This document shows positions 19,916 through 29,738 of a stretch of DNA of 64,000 bases, in pieces. How positions within the stretch are numbered: position 1 is the stretch's first letter; each line of letters starts with the position of its first letter. Origin of the DNA: Gammaproteobacteria bacterium (GTDB lineage: Bacteria > Pseudomonadota > Gammaproteobacteria > Eutrophobiales > Eutrophobiaceae); assembly GCA_965238225.1 (NCBI GenBank), contig OZ250183.1, positions 576,001 to 640,000 of the forward strand, written 5' to 3'. The position numbers were made by a program, and so were the translations under genes. Under the pieces are notes generated by a model. It searched no databases and was not told the DNA's origin. It saw only the letters and a list, made by a program, of their open reading frames with translations.

Positions 19916-20527
19916 ATGAAATTAGATAATCATCAAACTGTAATAATTGGCAGTGTCGAAAAGATGGTGAATAAAGTCTTATCCTTGGATGATGAGACAC
20001 TGGATGCCTTAGCAACATTAGAAGGTAATGTTATTGAAATTGATGTCCTGAATACAGACATCAGACTGTTTATTCTCCCTTCGGCTAAGGGGGTAACATT
20101 AGTTTCAGAATATGAAGACAAGATCGGTGTCTCAATAAAAGGAACACCCTCTGTGTTACTTAAGATGATTACTACTGAAAGAATTAACGCAGGTGATGTC
20201 GAAATTATTGGTAATGTTAAATTAGCTCATAAACTTCAATCCATTTTTAAAGAGATGGATATTGATTGGGAAGAATATCTAGCACAATTTATAGGAGATA
20301 TCACCGCTCATAAAGTCGGCAATCTTCTAAGAGGGATGATCCAGTTTGCAAAAGCGTCTAGCAAAACTATTGGTTTAGATATCAGTGAATACTTTCGTTA
20401 CGAGAAAGAAACATTATTAGATCAATCAGAGTTGAATGAATTTAATTATGCTGTAGATCAAATTCGTAATGATGTAGAACGCTTAAAAAAACGTGTGGAC
20501 AGGCTTTCGAGAAAAGATAACGAATGA
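19916..20527 (+). CDS. ubiJ: Ubiquinone biosynthesis accessory factor (SCP2 domain)
   Basis: Lies between ubiE and ubiB; DIDWEEYLA..IGD..AH and a C-terminal coiled coil. Confidence 0.9.
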   Translation: MKLDNHQTVIIGSVEKMVNKVLSLDDETLDALATLEGNVIEIDVLNTDIRLFILPSAKGVTLVSEYEDKIGVSIKGTPSVLLKMITTERINAGDVEIIGNVKLAHKLQSIFKEMDIDWEEYLAQFIGDITAHKVGNLLRGMIQFAKASSKTIGLDISEYFRYEKETLLDQSELNEFNYAVDQIRNDVERLKKRVDRLSRKDNE

Positions 20528-22185
20528 AACTGAGTGAAATCTCACGATTGGTTACAGTCCAGAAGGTATTGGTTCGTCACGGACTGTATGAGATCGCTTT
20601 CGCCTCAAATATTTCTCGTTCAATAAAAATATTGTTTTATATCTTTCCTTGGAACTGGTTTGGAAGAAAGCAGGGATCGAGAGGGGAGAGATTAAGACGT
20701 GCGCTAGAAGACCTAGGACCGATCTTTATCAAATTCGGACAGCTTTTATCTACACGCCGCGATTTCTTGCCAGAAGATATTCTGCAGGAATTTGCAAAGT
20801 TGCAAGACAGTGTGCCACCTTTTCCAAGCAAGCAAGCAAGATGCATTATTGAGGATGCAGTTGGGAACAAGATTGAAGATATCTTTCTGGAGTTTGACGA
20901 AACACCGTTAGCTTCTGCCTCCATTGCGCAGGTGCATGCTGCGACAACGAAGGATGGTCGGAAGATGATAGTTAAAGTTGTCCGTCCAGATATTGAAGAG
21001 GTCATTCGTCGAGATATTGGTTTGATGTATTTTTTTGCCAAGAAAGCAGAAAAATATACAGAAGATGGCAAACGTTTAGGTCTAGTCAATGTCATTGCAG
21101 AATTTGAAAAGACACTATTGGCTGAACTGGATCTGATGCGCGAAGCGGCCAATGCCTCACAGTTGCGTCGGAATTTCGCTGATTCAGATATGTTATATGT
21201 TCCTGAAGTTGACTGGGATTTAACACAGAAAAATATCATGGTGATGGAGCGTATTTCAGGCATTCCTATCAGTGATATTGAATCTCTTAAAGCTGCCGGG
21301 GTTGATTTAAAATGGCTGGCAGAATCAGGTATTGAAATATTTTTTACTGAAGTACTTCGAGATAGTTTTTTCCACGCTGATATGCATCCTGGAAATATAT
21401 TTGTATCTTGCCCAAAGCCTGAAAAGCCAGCAAAAATCGTGGTGGTGGATTTCGGTATTATGGGCTCACTCAGCGAATTTGATCAAAGATATCTCGCCGA
21501 AAATTTTATAGCCTTTCTTGATCGTGACTATCAGAAAGTTGCCAGATTACATGTCGAATCTGGTTGGGTGCCTGCCAATACACGTGTCGATGAATTTGAA
21601 TTCGCAATCAGAGCGGTGTGTGAACCTTTGTTTGACAGATCTTTGAGGAAAATATCATTTGGCGCTATGTTACTACGTCTGTTTCAGACGGTTAGGCAGT
21701 TTGATATGGTGATTTTACCACAGTTATTATTATTGCAAAAAACGCTGGTGAATATTGAAGGCTTAGGTAGACAACTCTATCCAGAGTTAGATATCTGGAA
21801 AACTGCGAGACCTTTGTTTGAGCACTGGATGCATGAACGCCTTGGTGTTAGAGGCTTGGCAGAAGGTTTGAAAGATAATTTACCTAGATGGCTTGATCGA
21901 TTGCCTGATTTACCAAATAAAACTGTCGATATTATCGAACGTCTTCGTGATGGCAAGATTCAGGTAGAATTAAAGACGACTGAGCTAGAAAGAATTAGAA
22001 CCGAAATAAAGAGAAGCAATCAACGGACAGTATTAGCAATGGTTGGCTCTGCTTTCATTATCTGTGCTGCGGTCATATTTGGTTTGGATGGATTCTCCCC
22101 GGCAATGGTTGCCGGCGTTCCTTATTTGACTTGGTTATTTGGAGGGGCAGGGTTGGGATTATTGGTATTTTCTATGAGTAAATAG
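20524..22185 (+). CDS. ubiB: Ubiquinone biosynthesis kinase-like protein
   Basis: LGPIFIKFGQ, ASASIAQVH, FFHADMHPGN, DFGIMG, QLLLLQKTL. Confidence 0.97.
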   Translation: MKLSEISRLVTVQKVLVRHGLYEIAFASNISRSIKILFYIFPWNWFGRKQGSRGERLRRALEDLGPIFIKFGQLLSTRRDFLPEDILQEFAKLQDSVPPFPSKQARCIIEDAVGNKIEDIFLEFDETPLASASIAQVHAATTKDGRKMIVKVVRPDIEEVIRRDIGLMYFFAKKAEKYTEDGKRLGLVNVIAEFEKTLLAELDLMREAANASQLRRNFADSDMLYVPEVDWDLTQKNIMVMERISGIPISDIESLKAAGVDLKWLAESGIEIFFTEVLRDSFFHADMHPGNIFVSCPKPEKPAKIVVVDFGIMGSLSEFDQRYLAENFIAFLDRDYQKVARLHVESGWVPANTRVDEFEFAIRAVCEPLFDRSLRKISFGAMLLRLFQTVRQFDMVILPQLLLLQKTLVNIEGLGRQLYPELDIWKTARPLFEHWMHERLGVRGLAEGLKDNLPRWLDRLPDLPNKTVDIIERLRDGKIQVELKTTELERIRTEIKRSNQRTVLAMVGSAFIICAAVIFGLDGFSPAMVAGVPYLTWLFGGAGLGLLVFSMSK

Positions 22186-22345
22186 TGTTTGTTTAAGAAA
22201 TAAAAAAATATTATTTGTATGAATCACTCATATATTAACGTCTTACTACAGCAGCCTTTGCAGTATCTCTAGATTTTTCTGCCAGACAGTATTTTAATAA
22301 GTAGTTCAACAATGGTAATGACTTCCAGTTTTTAGCAATCCTATA

Positions 22346-22390
22346 CCAAAGAAACCAGTGCCAAAAAAATCAGCGTCAAAGAAACCAGCA
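22346..22390. repeat. Three imperfect 15-bp tandem repeats
   Basis: CCAAAGAAACCAGTG / CCAAAAAAATCAGCG / TCAAAGAAACCAGCA. Confidence 0.6.
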
Positions 22391-22458
22391 CCATAGGAAT
22401 ATCTACTTTGGGAGTAGATGCTTTAGAAATATAATATTTCCGCCGTAGGTTTTCCCGT

Positions 22459-23799
22459 TTATTTTTTTATGATTGCCAGCCCTTTTAATACATTCAAGGC
22501 TTCATAAAGCGCATAGTCTTCTGAGGGAAGTGACACAGCAGCCTGTTTGGATTTATCTTTGAGCGTATTTTCTTCAAGCTCCTCATTTTCCTCTATTACT
22601 GCTCTCCTTATTGTCGGGGTTCCCTCTTGCCCGCTTTTAAGATGTCCTTTGAGGTCAGCTTCTTTTACCCGCATATCTAAGGAATTTTCAATCTTGGATA
22701 TTTTTACCTCATCAATGATGATATCTGGTATTACACCTGATGCCTGAATTGATCGGCCATTAGGCGTGTAATATCTGGCTGTAGTTAGTTTTAGTGCCGC
22801 ATTATTATTCATAGGCAGGACGGTTTGCACAGATCCTTTACCAAAGGTTTTTTCGCCCATGATAACGCCACGTCCATGATCCTGAAGTGCTCCGGCAACA
22901 ATCTCTGATGCAGACGCAGAGCCACCATTAACAAGCACAATCAGCGGCACATCTGGAAGTTTGGCATTGGGTTTGGCATTAAATTTCAATTTTGAATCTT
23001 TGACGCGCCCTTCCGTATAAACAATTAATCCTTTATTAAGGAACATATCCGCAATACCGACAGCAGCAGTTAAAAGACCGCCTGGATTATTTCTGAGGTC
23101 AAGTATGACACCCTTAAGCTTATTGTTATTGTCTTGTTGTAGTGTATCAATTGCCTTACGTAGATTTTCAACAGTATATGACTGAAAGTTTGAAAGTCGC
23201 AGATAGCCAAAGCCTGGTTCCAGTGTGTTGAAGCGAACGCTCTTCACTTTAATTACATCCCTGATGATAGTGAATATCAGAGATTTCTCTACATTCTCGC
23301 GAACGATTGTTAATGTGATTTTGGCGCCAAGTTTGCCACGCATGAGATTGACAGCTTCATTTAATGTCATGCCTTTAACCGCGCTGTCATCAAGCTTAAT
23401 GATTAAATCGCCTGCTTTTATTCCAGCTTTTTGTGCAGGGGTATCATCGATAGGCGCAATGACTTTGATAAAACCATCTTCCATTCCTACTTCAATGCCA
23501 AGACCGCCAAATTCACCAGAGGTTCCTTCTTTTAGATCCTCATAGGATTCGCTATCAAGATATACAGAGTGGGGATCTAATCCCTCCAACATGCCTTGGA
23601 CGGCATTTTCAAGTAATTTTTTATCATCTACAGAATCAACATAATCACTTTTTATTTTTGCAAATATTTCAGTGAAGGTGCGCAACTCATCCAAGGGGAG
23701 TGCTTCGTATTCTGGCACTTTGTCCTCTCCGATAACTACCCGAACACTGATAAGCAAAAGTAGCAGGCAAATAAAAATGTTGTGAAAGGCATTATTCAT
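22459..23799 (-). CDS. ctpA: Carboxy-terminal processing protease, S41 family
   Basis: Signal peptide, LDPHS, PDZ GLGIEV, LDLRNNPGG, SASASEIVAGALQD, TFGKGSVQ. Confidence 0.93.
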   Translation of the reverse strand: MNNAFHNIFICLLLLLISVRVVIGEDKVPEYEALPLDELRTFTEIFAKIKSDYVDSVDDKKLLENAVQGMLEGLDPHSVYLDSESYEDLKEGTSGEFGGLGIEVGMEDGFIKVIAPIDDTPAQKAGIKAGDLIIKLDDSAVKGMTLNEAVNLMRGKLGAKITLTIVRENVEKSLIFTIIRDVIKVKSVRFNTLEPGFGYLRLSNFQSYTVENLRKAIDTLQQDNNNKLKGVILDLRNNPGGLLTAAVGIADMFLNKGLIVYTEGRVKDSKLKFNAKPNAKLPDVPLIVLVNGGSASASEIVAGALQDHGRGVIMGEKTFGKGSVQTVLPMNNNAALKLTTARYYTPNGRSIQASGVIPDIIIDEVKISKIENSLDMRVKEADLKGHLKSGQEGTPTIRRAVIEENEELEENTLKDKSKQAAVSLPSEDYALYEALNVLKGLAIIKK

Positions 23800-24036
23800 T
23801 TTTCTCTCCGTGCCTCATGATAAGAAGATTTTAGGTTACTTAGATTTCTTGTTTTTTAGACAAGTATCGTTAATATTCATTAATATAGTTTAATTATATC
23901 CAAATCATTTGAAAATACAGGATTTAGAATTTAAGCGATTTCGTCTACGAAGACAGCCTGCAGTGAATGGCCAGTTTGCATAGGCGTTGTAGTGATTTAG
24001 GCGTAATGACATAAACATGTAGTAAAATATTTTTTG

Positions 24037-25245
24037 TTAATTTCTGCACCACTTTTCAGGGTTGACTGGACTACCATTATTTCTAATTTCGAAATAAATA
24101 CCAGAGCGAAGCTGTCCGCCGCTATTTCCGGCAAAGGAGATGATTTCATTTGGCAGTACCCAGTCTCCGGTTTTTTTCAGTAAACTTTGATTATAACCAT
24201 ACAAGCTCATATAACCATCTCCATGGTCAATGATAATAAGCAGTCCTAAATTTCGGAACCAATCTGCAAAAACGACTTGTCCTCCGCTGACTGCTTGCAC
24301 ATCTACACCGATTTCAGCATTTATGATAACACCTTGCCATTTTAATTTACCACCTTGTTTGCGGTTTCCAAAGCGAGTCAGCAATTTTCCCTTTGTTGGC
24401 CAATTAAGTTTTCCTTTAAGTGTATTAAAAGGCGGGATGTTTTCAAAGAGAGCCATACTTGTGCGATTTTCTTCAGTTTGTTCTGAAATAATTTTTTGTA
24501 GAAGATTTTTAGTTTCCTGTTCTTGATGTTGTAATGCCTGCAGTTTAAGTCCTTGTTTATCGAGTTCATTTAATAGTTTTGCAAGAATATTTTCTCTTTC
24601 TTTTTTTGAGTATGAAATTTCTCTATTTTTTTCAAGTTGATATTTTTTTAGTGTGAGCAAGATATCATTTTCATGTTTGATATTCTTTTCTATTTGTGTG
24701 ATTTTTTCGATTTCTGTATTTATTAAATTAATTTTTTGTACCTTGGTCTTATTATGGTAATTATAATAAGCAAGTGCTCGACCTAGCATGGCAAGGTCTT
24801 CGTAATTTAACAATAACTTCATATAGTCGTTACTGCTTATCATGTAAGCTGCACGTATTTGTTTGGCAAGCGTCCGTTTTTGTTCAGTCAGTATTTTTTC
24901 GTGCAATGATTTCTTGTTATTTAGATCATTCAGGCGATTGATTTTTTGTTGCAATTGTTTTTCAATCTCCCTTATATGAAGGGCAATATTACCAATCGAT
25001 GTTTCATTCTCTTTTAATTCAGTTTGCAAAATATCTGTTTCAAGACGCGCATTCTCAATGCTGGATTTGATATCTTCAATTTCATTTCTTACAGAATTCA
25101 GTTCAGCAGATTTTTCTTTGAAATCTTCAGCGTAAATTGGCAGGATCATGAGGCAAGTAAAAATAGACGCAAGCTGAAAGTATTTTCGCAGGTAATTACA
25201 GAAATTGCATCGCGATAAGCTTGGCCATACGAAGGCGGTGATCAT
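24037..25245 (-). CDS. envC: Murein hydrolase activator (M23 domain plus coiled coil)
   Basis: Long coiled coil, KGKLNWP, degenerate M23 (WQGV, YMSLYGYNQ, YFEIR); lies between gpmI and ctpA. Exact start uncertain. Confidence 0.9.
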   Translation of the reverse strand: MITAFVWPSLSRCNFCNYLRKYFQLASIFTCLMILPIYAEDFKEKSAELNSVRNEIEDIKSSIENARLETDILQTELKENETSIGNIALHIREIEKQLQQKINRLNDLNNKKSLHEKILTEQKRTLAKQIRAAYMISSNDYMKLLLNYEDLAMLGRALAYYNYHNKTKVQKINLINTEIEKITQIEKNIKHENDILLTLKKYQLEKNREISYSKKERENILAKLLNELDKQGLKLQALQHQEQETKNLLQKIISEQTEENRTSMALFENIPPFNTLKGKLNWPTKGKLLTRFGNRKQGGKLKWQGVIINAEIGVDVQAVSGGQVVFADWFRNLGLLIIIDHGDGYMSLYGYNQSLLKKTGDWVLPNEIISFAGNSGGQLRSGIYFEIRNNGSPVNPEKWCRN

Positions 25246-26804
25246 TGTAATTTCAGCAAAGATTTTCCTGTCATTTCATGGGGGGCATCAATCCCCATTA
25301 AGTACAACATTGTGGGCGCGATGTCTGATAACGATCCTGACAGTCCCGGAATGATTTCAGCATCACGACCAATATAAATAAGTGGAACTAGATTAGAGGT
25401 GTGGGCAGTGTGTTGTTCGGATCTTATTTTCTCTGTGGCATAGGCCTTCATTTGTTCAGCATTGCCATGATCAGACGTAATTAAAATCTCTGCATTTGTC
25501 TTTTTTGCGGCTTCAATGACCTTGCCGAGGCAGATGTCAATAGCTTCAATAGCTTTTATGGTTGCCTGAAAATCACCCGTGTGGCCAACCATATCAGCAT
25601 TAGCATAGTTGCAAATTATGGCATCATACTTGCCATCTTGAATTGCCTTTACCAGCTTACGGGTGATCTCAAAGGCACTCATTTTTGGTTCCATATTGTA
25701 GGTGCGAATATGAGGTGAAGGCACTAGTATTCTATCTTCACCATCAAACGCTTGTTCTTCACCGCCATTAAAGAAGAAAGTTACATGTGCATATTTTTCT
25801 GTTTCTGCAATACGCAACTGCTTTAGGCCAAGTTCAGAAATGTACTGACCAAAAACATTATCTATGCTCTTAGGCGGGAAAGCGACAAGAAACTCATAAT
25901 TTGCCTTGTACTCAGTTAAACTTATAAAGGCATCAAGCTTGGGAATGTGTTCTCTTGGGAAGCTTTGAAAATTTTCTTTGGTGAAAGCGCGAGCTAATTG
26001 CCTTGCTCTGTCGGCGCGATAATTAGCAAAAATAATGATATCACCATTTTCAACTTGGACAGGAGGCTCACCATTTTTAGTAATAGCGGTTGCATTCATA
26101 AATTCATCTGTTTCGCCTCGTGCGTAAGCCATATCTAATGCAATGAAAGGATCGTTTGATCGATAATCGGCTTTGCCTTGGCTAATAAGGTCGTAGGCTT
26201 TTTGGGTTCTTTCCCAGCGTTTATTTCTGTCCATGGAGTAGAATCTGCCAATGATGCTGGCAAAACGTCCTTTCCCCAGTTCTTTCATTTTTAGCTGAGC
26301 AAAGCGGATACTTTCTTCAGAATTTTTTGGCGGTGTGTCGCGACCATCTAAGAATGCATGTAGATAAATTTTCGTAACGCCAGATTGAGCCGCAAATTCC
26401 ATTAGTTTGAAAATATGTTTCTGATGACTATGCACGCCACCAGGTGAGAGCAGACCCAAGATGTGTATGGCCTTGTTATTTTGAGTTGCTCGATTGAAAG
26501 CATTATTGAGCGTCTCGTTTTTGAAGAAGGAGCCATCTTTTATGGCACGTGTAATCCTTGAAAACTCTTGATCGACCAAACGACCCGAACCAATGGTCAT
26601 ATGACCTACTTCTGAGTTGCCCATTTGCTGTGGGGGCAGACCGACATCTATCCCAGAGGCTTGGATTAAAGTGTGGGGACATTCAAGCCACAATTTTTCC
26701 CAAACTGGTTTTTTTGCACTATAAATTGCGTTGTAGACGGTATTGTCTGTGTGTCCCCAACCATCTAAAACAATCAGAATGAGCGGCTTAATTGGTGGCT
26801 GCAT
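25242..26804 (-). CDS. gpmI: 2,3-bisphosphoglycerate-independent phosphoglycerate mutase
   Basis: LDGWG, MGNSEVGH, DGRDTPP, ETEKYAHVTFFFNGG, DMVGHTG, DHGNAE. Confidence 0.98.
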   Translation of the reverse strand: MQPPIKPLILIVLDGWGHTDNTVYNAIYSAKKPVWEKLWLECPHTLIQASGIDVGLPPQQMGNSEVGHMTIGSGRLVDQEFSRITRAIKDGSFFKNETLNNAFNRATQNNKAIHILGLLSPGGVHSHQKHIFKLMEFAAQSGVTKIYLHAFLDGRDTPPKNSEESIRFAQLKMKELGKGRFASIIGRFYSMDRNKRWERTQKAYDLISQGKADYRSNDPFIALDMAYARGETDEFMNATAITKNGEPPVQVENGDIIIFANYRADRARQLARAFTKENFQSFPREHIPKLDAFISLTEYKANYEFLVAFPPKSIDNVFGQYISELGLKQLRIAETEKYAHVTFFFNGGEEQAFDGEDRILVPSPHIRTYNMEPKMSAFEITRKLVKAIQDGKYDAIICNYANADMVGHTGDFQATIKAIEAIDICLGKVIEAAKKTNAEILITSDHGNAEQMKAYATEKIRSEQHTAHTSNLVPLIYIGRDAEIIPGLSGSLSDIAPTMLYLMGIDAPHEMTGKSLLKLQ

Positions 26805-27116
26805 CCATAGATTCGTTTACGTTACTTGGCATCGTAAAAATAGGTAAACACTGTTTAAAATTATGCCGATGAAAAAATCTTCAAGAGAGACTAAAGGCGC
26901 ATAACGACTGCAATTTGGCTGCTGAATTCAAGGTAAATTGCATCTCATATCTATCCACTATATGCAAATTTTAGCACATAAAAGTTAGATATTTAACCGT
27001 AGACTGTTTTAGGATAAGGAAACGTCCAGAAATCTACATTTCCAAGTAGTTTGAGTGTAACGTATCATGCACACTTTATTATAATACGATACTGCCTTAG
27101 GATAAAATAACAAATT

Positions 27117-27545
27117 ATGGAAAGACTTCCGGAATTTATTGCTAATCATTTATTTCTTGTTGCGCTTCTTGTGGCGATATCATCGCTTCTGTTATGGAAT
27201 ATATTTTTTAGCATCATAGCATCGTCTCAAGTTCCTGCCGCTGAAGTTATACGTTTGATAAACCATAAAAATGCAGAGATTCTGGATATTCGTAGTGCTG
27301 AGGATTTCAAGCAAGGACATATTATTAACGCCATCAATATAGATATGAAAACGCTGGGTGAACAGGAAAAATGGCTAGAAAAATACAAAGATAAAATCAT
27401 TGTTGTCTGTTGTAGGCAGGGTTCAGAATCTATGCGTGTGACACAAAATTTAAAAATAAAAGGATTTAAAAAATTTTATTCTTTGAAGGGTGGTATCAGT
27501 GCGTGGCAAAATGCTAATTTGCCTCTGGCAAAAGGAAACACTTAA
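27117..27545 (+). CDS. Membrane-anchored rhodanese-like protein (YibN-like)
   Basis: N-terminal TM, DIR...F..GHI..AINI, LKGGI.AW; upstream of secB. Confidence 0.9.
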   Translation: MERLPEFIANHLFLVALLVAISSLLLWNIFFSIIASSQVPAAEVIRLINHKNAEILDIRSAEDFKQGHIINAINIDMKTLGEQEKWLEKYKDKIIVVCCRQGSESMRVTQNLKIKGFKKFYSLKGGISAWQNANLPLAKGNT

Positions 27546-27581
27546 TCATGATTCATTAATATTACAAAAATTTATTTTTTA

Positions 27582-28076
27582 ATGGTTGAAGAAGATATGA
27601 ATGTCGAAGTAGGCACAGAAGAAGTGAAACAAGGTGAATTTGCTATACAAAAGATTTATACCAAGGATATATTTTTTGAAACGCCACATTCACCAGAGAT
27701 ATTTACCGCAGAATGGGAACCTGTAGTAAATATGAATCTTAATAGTGAGGCTAAACCTATCGCTGATAAAACCTATGAAGTCGTTTTAATTGTTACTGTG
27801 AACGTTACTGTAAAAGAGAAAACAGCCTATCTAGTTGAGGCACATCAGGCAGGTATTTTTCATATTGATAAATTCCCTGAAGAAGTTATTAGACAAATGA
27901 TGGCAACCATTTGTCCTGATATTCTTTTTCCTTTTGCACGCGAACATGTTGCGGATATGGTCGCTCGGGGTGGTTTCCCACAACTTCTGCTTGCACCCGT
28001 AAATTTCGAAGCCTTATATCAGAAGCAGAAAATGCAACAACAAAATGCAGTTTCTAAAACACAAACAAAACACTGA
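27582..28076 (+). CDS. secB: Protein-export chaperone
   Basis: IQKIYTKD..FE.P, QAGIF, CP.ILFPFARE, GGFPQLLLAPVNFEALY. Confidence 0.96.
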   Translation: MVEEDMNVEVGTEEVKQGEFAIQKIYTKDIFFETPHSPEIFTAEWEPVVNMNLNSEAKPIADKTYEVVLIVTVNVTVKEKTAYLVEAHQAGIFHIDKFPEEVIRQMMATICPDILFPFAREHVADMVARGGFPQLLLAPVNFEALYQKQKMQQQNAVSKTQTKH

Positions 28077-28159
28077 CTCGGTAATTCCTGAGACATAGTC
28101 TATCACGATAAAGCCCGTCAAGATAAAATCTTAAATCTGACAATGAACACAGAAAGATA

Positions 28160-29161
28160 ATGTCAAAGCCGATACTTGTAATTGGTGCAGGCTCATGGGG
28201 GACAGCGCTTGCAATGGTACTGTCTCAAAACGGTGAGCGTGTTTATCTCTGGGGACGTGATAGCTCGCATATAGCAGAGCTTACGGCGCAAGGTTGCAAT
28301 AAGCGTTATCTACCAGATGCAAATTTTCCAGAAGGACTTGTGCCTGTAGATGATCTTGCATTCTGTCTGCAAGAATGTGACGAAATAGTTTTGGCCGTTC
28401 CCTGTGTGGGTGTGCGCAGTATTCTTGAAATCATTGATAAACAGGGCAATGACAATCTACAGCTATGTATCGCAAGTAAAGGCTTGGAAGCCAATACACA
28501 ATATCTGAATCATAAGGTCGTTGAAAGTTGTCTTGGAGCTAAGGTTAGTACAGTCGTATTATCTGGCCCATCATTTGCACAAGAAGTCGCTGCTAGGCTG
28601 CCAACAGCAATTACAATTGCAGGCAGTGATTTAGGAACAACAACATGGTTTGCCAAGAAATTCCATAATGCAGTTTTCAGAACTTACATACACGACGATA
28701 TCATTGGTGTAGAGGTGGGTGGTGCTGTCAAGAATGTTATGGCAATTGCAGCTGGTATCGTAGATGGTCTAGGTTTTGGTGCTAATACTCGCGCAGCTTT
28801 GATTACAAGAGGTCTTGCAGAGATTATCAGGCTTGGTGTTGCCATGGGTGGCCGACAGGAAACTTTTATGGGGCTTACAGGCTTGGGTGATTTGGTCTTA
28901 ACTTGTACAGACAATCAATCTCGTAATCGCAGGTTTGGTCTTGAATTAGCCAAACGGGCAACGGTCTCTGAGGCCTGTGAAAATATTGGCCAAGCGATTG
29001 AAGGTATCAAGACCTCACAAGAGGTATACCAACTGGCCTTAAAAAATAATATTGAAATGCCAATCACAGAACAGGTTTGTAAGGTGGTCAATGGAGATAT
29101 TTTACCAAGCGAAGCTGTTAAGGTTCTATTGATGCGTGAACAAAGACAAGAACTGGGCTAG
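28160..29161 (+). CDS. gpsA: NAD(P)H-dependent glycerol-3-phosphate dehydrogenase
   Basis: GAGSWGTALA, SGPSFA, GGAVKNV.AIAAG, GLGDLVLTCTDNQSRNR. Confidence 0.97.
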   Translation: MSKPILVIGAGSWGTALAMVLSQNGERVYLWGRDSSHIAELTAQGCNKRYLPDANFPEGLVPVDDLAFCLQECDEIVLAVPCVGVRSILEIIDKQGNDNLQLCIASKGLEANTQYLNHKVVESCLGAKVSTVVLSGPSFAQEVAARLPTAITIAGSDLGTTTWFAKKFHNAVFRTYIHDDIIGVEVGGAVKNVMAIAAGIVDGLGFGANTRAALITRGLAEIIRLGVAMGGRQETFMGLTGLGDLVLTCTDNQSRNRRFGLELAKRATVSEACENIGQAIEGIKTSQEVYQLALKNNIEMPITEQVCKVVNGDILPSEAVKVLLMREQRQELG

Positions 29162-29195
29162 GGTATCCCCCAAAATGCATTTTTTCCACGATTGC

Positions 29196-29219
29196 GAGCA
29201 CGATGGCAAAATCGTGCTT
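29196..29219. terminator. Hairpin between convergent gpsA and trmL
   Basis: AGCACGAT-GGCAAA-ATCGTGCT, an 8-bp stem; the U-tract is weak. Confidence 0.45.
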
Positions 29220-29243
29220 AATTCTCATTGTATATTATACACT

Positions 29244-29705
29244 TTAACTTATTTGGAAGTTGTGTTGTTTCCAAGCTTCGTAAACAAATATTGCTACTGC
29301 ATTAGAAAGATTAAGACTGCGACTATCAGACAGCATGGGCAATCTGAGGATATCATCGTCTGGTAGTTTGTCTAATAGTGACTGGGGCAGACCACTGGTT
29401 TCAGAGCCAAATAATAGTGCGATATTGTCGGGATAGTCGGCTCTAGAATATAAGGTTTTTCCTCGAGTAGAGATAGCATATATCTTTTTAGGTTTGATAC
29501 ACTCAGTGAAAGAGTTCAGGGAATCGTGTTCGTGAATATCAGTCCATTCATGGTAATCGAGTCCTGCGCGCAATAGTTTGGCATCGTCAAGCTCAAATCC
29601 GAGAGGATGAATCAAATGTAATTGTGCTCCGGTATTGGCACATAGTCGTATAATATTGCCAGTATTAGGGGGTATCTCTGGTCTATGTAAAACAACATGA
29701 ATCAT
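29244..29705 (-). CDS. trmL: tRNA (cytidine/uridine-34 2'-O)-methyltransferase
   Basis: PEIPPNTGNIIRLCANTG, RAGLDY, FGSETSGLP, RSLNLSN. Confidence 0.96.
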   Translation of the reverse strand: MIHVVLHRPEIPPNTGNIIRLCANTGAQLHLIHPLGFELDDAKLLRAGLDYHEWTDIHEHDSLNSFTECIKPKKIYAISTRGKTLYSRADYPDNIALLFGSETSGLPQSLLDKLPDDDILRLPMLSDSRSLNLSNAVAIFVYEAWKQHNFQIS

Positions 29706-29738
29706 TTTAAAGTATGTTTTTTAGATTTTAAAGAATAA

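Noticed and set aside
20637-21263. 208-aa antisense ORF in ubiB, and the many other antisense or alternative-frame ORFs in tuf, rpoB, rpoC and fusA
   Set aside because: Shadow ORFs of conserved genes, with no motifs or independent expression signals.
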